DNA from: Trichoplax adhaerens
Lineage: Eukaryota; Animalia; Placozoa
Direction: 5' to 3'
Length of the DNA: 64,000 bases
Assembly (NCBI RefSeq): GCF_000150275.1
Contig: NW_002060948.1
Location: forward strand, 2,858,175 to 2,922,174
Position numbers and translations under genes: made by a program. Under the pieces are notes generated by a model that saw only the letters and a program-made list of their open reading frames with translations, did not search any database and was not told the origin of the DNA. This document shows positions 1 through 10,984 of the stretch, one piece after another (position 1 is the first letter of the stretch; each line of letters begins with the position of its first letter).

Positions 1-99
1 GAAGACAGTATGTATTACTGTTTCTTGACTAATAGAAAAAGAGAAGTAGGCGATTAGTTTCCAATACGATGATGTAAATTCCGGCAGTATAGAAATTGA

Positions 100-1560
100 T
101 AGTGTGTGAATCCAAAATGCAACTTCTTTAATGTCATTAATAAATAAAGTACTAGAATAAGCAAGTGATTCAAATCTGTCTTCTCCATAACAAGAATTAG
201 CATAAACTAAATACATGTTTCAAAAACTGGAGGAGATAATGTTATAAGAAATTTAAACCTATTACCATTGCTATCAATGGAAAATGACTTGTAAATAATA
301 AATAGGCTACTAAATAGATTACAAAGATTAGAGAATTCTTCAACAGAACTATTTTGGCAAGGAAATGGACACTGACGAGCATTGAGCGTAAAACGTTTTA
401 CTTTTTCATAGGAATTTCATCCGTACAAAAGTAGAGTTGTATTTCCAGCTGTTAGTAAGTGAATGTAATGAAACAATTAACGATATTTGGAAGCAAGTCA
501 TTAGCAAAGGTTATATTGGTCAACTGCAACTGGATATTGTGGATACTACTGGATTGGTATGCTAGATTGGTTCTATACATGTTCTTGTCTGTAATGTAAA
601 TTGTTAGTGATTTTGTCATGCTTGTCTGTTAATTTACAAAAGGGTTGCTTTAAGAATAGAATATGTATGATTCTAAACGCAGTACCAGAGGTTTAGATAA
701 GCCTTCATGGATATCACTAATTGAGAGTTTTAAATGATGAAGCAGCAACTTTAAATTATTTTGGTAAATATGGTAAAATTGTTGTTGTGATCATAAAGTA
801 AAATATAGCATTTACACTTTAGTGGTGACGTAGTAAGTTACTGCAGTTAGTTTTTCGGCTTAGAATTACTACTTTTATGTAGTATAATTGCCACAACTAC
901 TCTTGCGACACAAGAAAACAACACAGTACTTATAATAAACTTTACGTTAATCCGCAGAACTACTTCCCTAGCCTACGGTATAGTAACTGGAATCCTTACG
1001 AAGTACTAACTCGCTCAACACACTATACGATATAAAACTATCACACAACTTAGCCTTAAGCTGAAAATCCTTTTTATTGAACACAGTCCTTCTTCTATAC
1101 TCTTTCAGTAGCTATAAACATATTTACTTTGATACCAACATATTTCAATAACAAACATGTTATTACGATTGAATTATCAAATACGGACATTCGAGGTAAT
1201 AAACAATTTCATACGTAAATCTACTTCGACTGTAAGCCCTGTCAAGCTCCTATGTTCTCGATACTTACTTGTAAGATATTACTATATCATCGTAATATCT
1301 TAATAACTTAGGGTATTACTAAGAGTAACAATTCATAAAGTAGTAGTTCATACTTCTAAAAAGTTCAAAACAAAATGTTATCATAAACTACATTTCTATA
1401 TCTAAGTTATTTTGATGACTGTGACAATAGTTTACAAACTTTAAGACTTCCTCAATTCATTTTAAAATAGAAAGCGAATACTATAGCTACTTTTTCTGTA
1501 ATACTACGAGTATTGCTGATAGCAAGCAATCCTAATAATTTGCTGAATTCTATAGCTTAT
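100..1560 (+). pseudogene. Decayed LRR + Ig-like ectodomain exons upstream of the 7TM gene
   Basis: LRR-like NRLLNRLQRLENSSTELFWQGN at 301-366. Acceptor-led phase-1 exon-like blocks read as a broken Ig I-set domain with in-frame stops: 683-763 (PEV*ISLHGYH*LRVLNDEAATLNYF), from 958 (LLP*PTV**, cf. GxPxPxVxW), 1112-1195, and from 1471 (SEYYSYFFCNTTS). Confidence 0.5.
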
Positions 1561-2018
1561 ACAAGTACAGAACGAATAATGCTAAGGCAAAATTACAGTA
1601 GTAGGTCTAAATCTACTCATATCTTCTATTCAAGCGGTATTTATACAGTATAATGATAACATCAGATCGATTGAATCTGTGCAGCTTTTACAATTATTAT
1701 TATTACGTTCATTTATTAATTATTGGAAAACAATTAAAAGGCGATTAATAAATCTTACGTATGGCTGATTTATACACCTTATAAAATACTCTTAACGTAG
1801 TTGACGAAGAATTTGCTTAATAAATGACTCTTTTATCCTTTTTTAGAGAATTTTATTAATTTGATATTTATACTGAAACGTTAATAATGCAAAATAGAGC
1901 TAAATTATTACCATAGTAAACTTTATAACGGACTAAATTTGGGAAAAATGAATAGTATGCTAGAGTACTGATATTTAATCTATTTATCATGCATGATTCA
2001 CTGGCTATTTCCATTTAG

Positions 2019-3468
2019 ATTACGTGGATAAATTATCCAACATCATTTCCGACAACACTGTCGACAGAGATGAACATAATTGCCACTTGGAGCACTAACA
2101 TTACTGCAGAATCGGTTCTCTATCCTTTGTTACTTAGATCAGCAGAACAATTTGGAAATGGCTTTTCTCTAGCTGGTTCATTACTAATAATGTTTATCAT
2201 TGTGATCTGCAGGTAAATTCCTGGTAATAAAGCATACTATACGATAAACCTTTGCGGTTTCACAAAATCTTTTCTTTGTAGAAAAATTATATATTCAATC
2301 TTGCCCTTTGACACTATTAAAGTCGTAATTCACTTAGAATGTTATACAATATGTATGCAGAAAATGGACATATTAATATTTAACCTAGATTTTTACTAAC
2401 ATAGCTGGGTAACTATCCAATAGTTATTATTAAGTATTATCCTAGTAAGATATAACAAAACTGACCGAGATTTTAGCATGATTTTCTTTTTAGATTGTAT
2501 GGTTGCTATATATTTATTATTTCTATTTCTATTTCTTGGGTTTGATCTACGCTGGAATATTAGAAAATTACGAAAAAGAAAAAGCAACTTAATTGTATGC
2601 TTATTAAGTTTTAGCCAATTGATTACCAATGCCTTAATATTACTCGATGGAAGGGCGAAACTTAGCAGCACAATTTGTCGCAGTATGGCTATCCTTATCC
2701 ATTTCTTTCTGATGTCGAAAATATTATGGGTTGCTATTTTGGCTTTGCATTTTTATCTCGAATTAATTTATACTTCTATCAATGTCTTCATAACGGCTAA
2801 ATTGGTACTAGTAGGAATAGGTTAGCGACTCATTACCCTAACGAAGTAATTTCGATACATATCCTAATCTAATGTTCGCTATTCGGATTAATTTTTATCA
2901 GCTATACCAGGTGTCATTGTCGCTATTTGTATGACTGTCAATAATATTAACGTTTACCATCTTCAATCTGATGGGCGGTAAGTAATTTCCATCTCTAAGA
3001 ATGATAGTTAGATGCTAGTGGTATAAGTATGCTCATTAATTTATGATAGTTATGAGAAAAGTTATAACTATACTTGGATGTAAAATAATATAAATTTATA
3101 ATAATTTCTTTAAAAATATCTAATTTAAATCATGTCATTATAATCATAGTTGTTGGATGAAGGAAAGTTTTTCAAAAGACTTTTTTCTGTACCCAATGTT
3201 TGGAGTTATTGCTGCCACTTTCATAGCATTTATTCTGATCATAATGAAAATTCGCTGTTTCAATGAGCGACGTTTTATTCCTATTTCTACCGCCAGATTG
3301 TTCGTACTGGTGGGAGCGGTAGTTATTCTAGGACTATCGTGGCTATTTTCAAATTTGACTTTTATGACAATATCTGCCTCGAGGGATATTATTCAAGTTA
3401 TATTTGTAGCCTTTACTTCAATTCAAGGCCTAATAATGTGCTATTTTTACTCTATTACTTATTTCTAA
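2019..3468 (+). CDS. Adhesion/secretin-class (7tm_2-like) GPCR transmembrane region, 4 exons; possible start ATG at 2070
   Basis: Exons 2019-2212, 2564-2820, 2902-2977 and 3150-3468 splice in frame at GT-AG sites. Motifs: TM1 GNGFSLAGSLLIMFII, TM3 CRSMAILIHFFLMSKILW, ECL2 CW, TM6 LGLSWLF, TM7 FTSIQGL. Stop falls immediately after TM7. Confidence 0.8.
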
Positions 3469-4528
3469 ATCACTAAAATTTGTCAGCATTCTTGTAAATT
3501 TCATATTTAATAGGATGCTAATTTGGAGAGTTATTGATAGATCTGATATACTGTTATAGCTAAATTAAAAGACGTTAATACAGTTTTCATGTTGTAATTG
3601 TATTTATTTCATTTTCGGCTGAGAGAGAAATGATAACCATATATTCATCTGGAATATTCTACTACTTATAAGTATGAGATGCTTCTTTAACGATAATGCA
3701 GAAAATTGTTTCACACTTTTTTTATGCGGCCTGCATTCGCTTCAATTATATTATACACCTACTTAATTATCAGGAATCTAATGAAAGTGAATCTGTGTTG
3801 GGAGATTTTAAATTTCTTGTGAATATAGACGTATCTGTCTAACGTTTTTCTGTGGATAGAACGGATAGTAACGAGTTCTCTGCATCCAGTGTCGGAAATA
3901 AATTACAATTTTAAAGTAAACTTCTGATGTTATTGTGGTAATGATATGCTAACATTAAATACGGCATAAATTGGCAGCATACGGCCGTATGCTAGATGCA
4001 CAGCCAAAAATCGATGTAGGGGAATATTCAACATACATGAAATATTTTACTGGGAGATGTCTGGCTGTATGTATTATAAAATAGTTCAATAATACGCTGG
4101 AATTCTAGTTACGGTAACTGGTTTGAATTTACGTCATCATCTAAACTAAATTGTCTTGCATTCACAACGCAAAGCTATATAAACGTTAACATAGAACAAA
4201 AACAGATTGTTTTAAAGGTGATTATTCCAGATTTTATTTCGTAACTTGTCTAGTACCTGCTCTTAAATGATTACGATAGCATTTGTGCTCATGGCAACAC
4301 ATAATCAAAATACAAGTGGAAGAATTACACTATTAGCCCACTTCTATACTTTTTTTTAGACCTATATAGCATTTATCTACTAATAATGAGGGAATTATGA
4401 CAAAGCTAGTTTATGTGGTAAGGATCGAAAAGGATGGATGCCGATTATAATTATGATTTTTATAGGAATATGATCACGGAGGTATAGTTTAATTAATGTT
4501 GATCATCACAATGGCGCATATGCGTCAT

Positions 4529-7500
4529 TTAACGATAAAGAAGAAAGGAAACTAGCAGAAGTAATGGTAGCAGGGTCCACACTTGCGTTTGGTTATGGTT
4601 CATACCAACTGCTGCACCTGTTGTAGTTTTATTATGATCGGCAACAACTTTATCACCGTACTGGCTTAAAAATTCCAAGCAGACACCATTGGACCAACCG
4701 AAGCCCACCTAGATATTCAAAAATTTTAAATTAATCCTTGGAAAATTAATGTTAACTGCAATTTCTTTATCGAATTGACGGTATGAATTATTAGTTATTA
4801 TCATACTGTAATCAATGCCTAGATTGACATTAATCGAAGAATACCTGTACGTTGTATTCTCCACCTCTTCCTGGGTTACCAGGAATAGCAGCATCGAACT
4901 ATTTGTATACAAATTTAATTGAAAAATATTCCAGTTACTTTATATCAAAGCCATGAAAGAACGTTATGACATTTACGGCTACAACATATTTACAGTTTTT
5001 TAGTTCTACTGACCTTTTCGTACATATAACCAGTCGATTTCCATGATCGCCAGTTTGTCAATAGCCATTTTTGAGCTAATTTGAAAGCTTCATCTTTTAA
5101 TTCTGGTGCTTCACTTCCGGACATAGCTGCAACAGCCATTTGCTGCAATGGTGGCCATGAATTTGGATAATCCCATTGCTGGCCACTGCGAAGTAAAGTG
5201 GTTGGTATACCTCCAGCAAAATCGAAGATTTTCATCGCCTAGAAATTGATTTAGGCAAGATTGATAGCAATTATTGAGTCTAACAGTACCGTATACTATA
5301 CTCGTATAGCACATCGCTTATAAATTGATTTAAGCAAGATTGACACCAATTATATTATTGAGTGTAACTGTATCATATACTATGCGCGTATAATAAATCG
5401 TCTACCAATTGATTTAAGCAAGGTTGATAAGACATTAAGATTGTAATGTGATTAATTAAATCTGCCACATTCGAACACTATTATTGCTTAGGGTAGTTGA
5501 GATTCATCAACATCTTTTTACAATCGCCTCTGCAATCTACATCGAACTAAACTCAAACCAATGATCATAATATGCTTAATATTAATGAATTAAACAAATT
5601 GTCGGAATAGGCAACACACTTTATGATTATTCATTCTGGTAAAATGATAATATTAGAAAAAGCTAATCAGTGATGGCATTTAATATCTGTAATTTGTTCC
5701 TTGAAACTAAATTAGCCATATTTATTACAATACACAGATGAATTCCTTTATCAAATGATCTTGTATAACAATTTTTACCTATAGATGACTCTCATGTGAA
5801 TTTACCTTAAGGGCTTGGTGGATTTTTCTTTCCTTGGTGACGTTACCCTTGAAAGAATCGTAACATTTTGCCCACATCGGTAGAAAAACTGAACCCATAA
5901 AATCAGTTCGCGGCTTTTTCGATAGTAAATCATAGTCTAGCCATCTTCCTTCGTATTCATCCCATAGTACACCTTCAATAGCATCACGGCGTGCTTCGCT
6001 AGCTCGCTTATACCTATCAGCCTTAGCATTATCTCCTAATAATATAGAAGACGATCTATTCAGCTTAAAATATCGAATAATGTCCTTCCTATGCAATGGT
6101 CTTTATTATAATAATTTAAAGGTATATCTTATAGCATTTATATATTTAATGGAATGAATTAAATGATTACCTAGCATTCTACTAAATTTCTCTAAAGTTA
6201 ATTCATTAAAGCAAAGGATAGCATTTAGGTCAACTGGAATAATCTGCTTCGTTACTATGCTAGATAAATCTCCAATAGGTTTATTAAACCATCGACTGCT
6301 AAAATCCCAACCACTTTCGGCAGCGGAAGCAATATCAGAATACAATTCTGCGGCTATTTGTAATCAATAAAATTGATGATGTATTAATATATTTATATAT
6401 GGCAACTATTTCAAGTAGTGATATAGAAGCATACCAGCATTGGGATTTAAATTCTTTGCAGTTTCGACGTCTTCCCGATACGATTCTGGCCTGAGTAATA
6501 AATGAAGAATTGTAAATAAACTTGTACGTATATATATAATTATGGTGGGTTTCTCCCTTCTCAGGTTATGCCGTATAAATTGATTACTACTTGAGTCTTT
6601 GCCAGGCAAAGTAATATTTTTATGATTGTAAATTAATTATAATTCTATAGTACATGATACTAGCTAACTAGATAGGGCTAGCGTTAAATTGCTACACAAT
6701 GACGTTGCTTGGATATCGTTTGCTGTTTAAGTTATGACTCTAACGTAGAGATAGATATGCTACTTAGTTAGTGCTAGCGCTAAACTGCCACGCAATGAAA
6801 CTGATGTTGCCATCTCCTTGGACATCTTTTATTATTTGTAGGGTCATGACTGTAGTATAAAGTACTGGCTACCTAGTTTAGTGCCAGCGTTAAACTGCTA
6901 CGTAAGGAAACTGATGTTGCAATCTCCTTGGATATCCTTTATTATTTACAGGGTTATAGTAGTAACGTAGAAATACCAGCTGCCTAGTAAGTTTCAGTAT
7001 TAAACTGCTACGCAACGAAACCGGGATTACCATCTCTTCGGATATCGTTTACTGTTTATAGGGCTATGATTGTAATGTAAAAATACTAGCTACCTAGTTA
7101 TTCCAGCGTTAAAATGTAACGCAATGAAACTGATATTGCTACCTCCTTAGATATCGTTTATACTCGTAGGGCTATGATTGTAATGGAGAGATACTGGCTA
7201 CCTAGTTATTCCCGGCGTTAAGCTGCTACGCAATGAAACTGACGTTGCATCTCTTTGAATATCGTTTACGATTTATAAGGGTTACGATCGCAATGGATAA
7301 TGTCTGCCTGCAATTAATGATGTCCAGGATGGACATTAAAATGTCTTATGCCTTACCTTGGCATACCCATATCAACAGCATAACGATTAAGTGTATATGT
7401 CTTTCCGTTGCGTACGATATCAACAGTTCGGTTGTTCATCCAGAAATTGTATTCTTTTTCCATTTTTGAAAGCAAGCTTTGGACATAGCTAAGATCATTA

Positions 7501-10500
7501 GTTGCTTCATAATAGCTATTAATCATAGGGATAAAAAATGGGGGTTGACTTCTTCTCGTATAATAAATTCTACCACCATTGGGTACAAATCCAAATCTAA
7601 TGGAATGAAGTGAGAATATGTTTACATATGTTATGATTCCAGGATGAAAAGAAAAATTGTAGAAGATGACTACTTAGAAAATGGTACAGCTTAAGAAAAG
7701 CTATCACAACTATTACTTGTTACAGTGTCAATTTTCCGTTTACCTATCAACCATAGCTTCGAAATTTCCAATCATAGCTTTAACTGTATCTTCCATATCG
7801 CTAACTAATAAGCCACCAACAACCCAAAATGTATCCCTATACAAAACCAGAAAGTTATTATTTAATAAAATGTCTATATTGTAGTTCTGATGGAAGCAAA
7901 AATGGATCATTTTGTGTTTATAAGTGATTTATTCTAATGAGATAATGTACCAGTAATAGAATTCTCGAAATCGTCCTCCTGGTACAACAAACGGATTTGG
8001 GACATAAATTAGAGATGTTCGATTTTGATCTTCTTGTACTTCGTCCTTCATCTAATAGTTTTAACGTAGTATTGATTGCATAATAAAACATTGCTTATTA
8101 ATACCTTTTTCAAAAGATTCACACATATAGCGTTATTTCCATAAATGTTTTAAGGTTTAATTCAATTATCGTAACTATTTAGAATTGTGGTACAATAATA
8201 TTTTAAGTAAAATAGATATAGGTGAGATTTGAAAGTCTGAAATTAATTTCGCCTGTCATGCTCTCACTCTACGCAACAACTAATGGTCATAATACTAATG
8301 AAGAGAATAATGTCACTACTATCAATTACAATGTATAAAGACGTATGATTACGGTACAGTAAGCTACTAAAGTCAAGATTTATCTCGGGAATTACTCATT
8401 GACTCAACACAATTTATTAATATTTACCCTTCTTCCTAAAACTTTCCATAATTCATTTAAAGCTTTGGCAAATTTTTTAAACTCGCTGTCCTTAATTTTG
8501 TTCAACACTGCGGGACTGTGCCAATAAAAATGTCATTAATTATCAATTTTTTTACGACGCATTATACAAGTATAAGAAAATTTCAATTTAAATAGAGCAA
8601 AAATATTATGTGACGGAAACTCTATGCGAAAGTATGACAGCGTTTACTTTTCTTTCCAGTCTGTAGGTGTCCATGCTTCCAAATCTTGAGCAGGGTCTGA
8701 AAAATATTGCTTTACAAATGCTTTTATATCAGCATTCGGCGCTAAGTTTCGGAAGGCGGCTAGAATGTTAGCTAAGTTGGATTTTTAGTGAAAGTAAAAT
8801 CAATTATTTAGCGTTGCATATATTATAAATAAAGCCAGCAAATCTATCCAAGGGCTACTTGATTTTTATCCTTAATTTTAATTCGAATTTTAAAAGTATT
8901 ATTATCTCCTTTTAAGTAATTTTAACTTACGATATTGAATAGATATATCTTACAAAAATATTCTTATTATTGTATATAAGCCACTAAATCAACACAACTC
9001 TACTCATCGATCGATAAATTGATATTACTAGGGGATGGATAAATTAATTAAAAACCATATTTACTTGGAGAGTCTTTCAATTTCATATCAACGAAAGATT
9101 TAGAATCGTTGAAAATATAGGCATCTTGGGCTCGTCGGAGGAGATCACCATAGCAGAATATTTCGCTAATATAGAGAAATGTTTCCAATGTTACTTCTGC
9201 ATGAGTAGTGAACCATGATAGTGTAAAAATGTTATTAAAAAAATGGACACGAGATGATGTTGCTGTAATAGAATGAATACGAAGCAATAGTTCGTTATGC
9301 TATTGCCCTACTCGATGAAATTATTCTATGATTAAATTGCTTCCGTTCTATCTCCGAATTGAACAGTCAAAAATTTTTAACTACCCCGAGGCTCCCTTCA
9401 TACGCAGTTATGGTCTAAATTATTCAAAATTAGTACAACCAAATTATTTTCAGTTTTCTGTGTAGGAATGCTGTAGGATGAAAACTAGATTGCATGTGTT
9501 ATAAAGGAAGGATTGAACCTATTGATACTAGTTAGCAACATCATCTTCAGCCTTGAGTGATATAACGTTTTTAAGTTTATGACCGTCACCATGACATGAT
9601 TTAGCGGATTCTCCAGCTACATTAATCCTTTTACACGACCGTTAAACCTATTTCGTGGTCTGGTGAAAGTTATAAGGATAAAAATTTGTTCTGTATTGTC
9701 TGAGTAGTGCGTACTAACAGCATAAAAAGGCACTAATCTTCGGTAAAATTCTATGCATGTTCTTTAATTAATGCAACGCTTTGAAGTATTGTATTGTATT
9801 GTATTCGATATAAAATTCATGATTGCTCTGTCTTTACAACAACAACTTGCTTTCTTATATTAAGAAAGTTACTAGTAGCCTCCAACAGGTCGCAACTTAT
9901 TAATTCCCATTCCATGTTTCTATACATTTAGGGACTAGATGCGGTATGAGGTGAAATACCAATTTTAGATAAATATTGTAGTTTATCAAATGGGAATCCG
10001 TTACAATGGATGAAGTAGCTGAAACCAAACATTTTTAGCAACTAAATTGACAGACATGAAATTTTTTCCATAAAAATTTGATGTCGTAGACAAATTTGGG
10101 GGTCAGAATGGCAGTATGTTCGTTTTTAATTAATACATATTCAAGGGTTAATGAGGAGACAGTAAACTAAAAAAGGATGCAAGAGGGGTTTCCTGACCGA
10201 TACACCTAAACGGAAAGGCTTTTAGCGGTGGAGAATTTTTGATTTTGCTTTTCCGATCAGTTGACATTAGCCGTAATCAAAAATAAAATTTATGTGAGCT
10301 GTTTCTTGATTATTTTTACTGTACAGACTGCAAAAAAATTACTGAAGTTGTAAAATATTATCGCTCAGTGGTTCAATTTATTGTTATGTGCTGTAGTAGC
10401 CTTACGATTAAGTATGATATACGTACTAGCCTTTCAAAATTGTTATAAACATCAAATTTTCAAGAATCAAATTAGAGCGCCGATGAAGACGGTTATTAGG

Positions 10501-10704
10501 AGGGAGAAATAAAAATGCAGTTACTGCAGCGGTTTTCGTACACATTGAATTAATTATCTTCAAAATCTACATGTAGTAGTATTTTCATCTAATTTACTTT
10601 GCAATACCTTACCTATCACAGGGTTTAGCATTCGGTGATTGTTGTGATACTACTCCTGTAATAGCTAAGCATAAAATACTAGCAAAGACCAACTTTCCAA
10701 CCAT
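4529..10704 (-). CDS. TREH: Trehalase (GH37), secreted/GPI-anchored type, multi-exon
   Basis: Signal peptide MVGKLVFASILCLAITGVVS in exon 10704-10613. GH37 motifs DSKSFVDM, PGGRFREFYYWD, RSQPP, RPESYRED, AAESGWDFSSRW, QQWDYPNSWPP, GGGEYNVQVGFGWSNG. Hydrophobic C-terminal tail TLLPLLLLVSFLLYR ends at TAA 4531-4529. Confidence 0.95.
5233..5430. repeat. About 2.5 copies of a 79-84 bp unit spanning a trehalase 3' splice site
   Basis: Unit catcgcctagaaattgatttaggcaagattga recurs with mismatches at 5233, 5312 and 5396. Confidence 0.85.
6660..7310. repeat. Intronic minisatellite, about 6 diverged copies of a ~110 bp unit
   Basis: Anchor tacctagtt-like word at 6665, 6761, 6870, 6981, 7091 and 7199. 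Shared core gcgttaaactgctacgcaatgaaactgatgttgc..ttggatatc. Lies inside trehalase intron 6491-7356. Confidence 0.92.
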
Positions 10705-10984
10705 TTTAATCGAGCTTCAGCTTCCACCCTAGAAAGAAGTGTGCGAACGAAGCGTTCAATTTTCAGTAGCAATCAACTGACTACCTATTGTCTTGAATAC
10801 GAATATAAATGGACTTTCGTAAGACAGTACAATATACGGATCAGTGAATGTTTTCAATTTATTTAGATAATATTGTTAATGTGTACCAGCTAATTATATC
10901 TTGCAGCTTTAATTGGCCTGAAGAATTGTTTCGACGAATATAAGCTTGTACGTACGAGTTCATAATATCATATAGCATTCGAGC

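Noticed and set aside
6660-7310. CRISPR-like or duplicated-exon interpretation of the repeat array
   Set aside because: The units are homologous along their whole length (no unique spacers), the context is eukaryotic, and there is no similarity to trehalase exons.
9622-10151. TTAA-flanked ~520-bp piggyBac-like MITE in trehalase intron 1
   Set aside because: Only about 4 bp of terminal complementarity, which is too weak to support.
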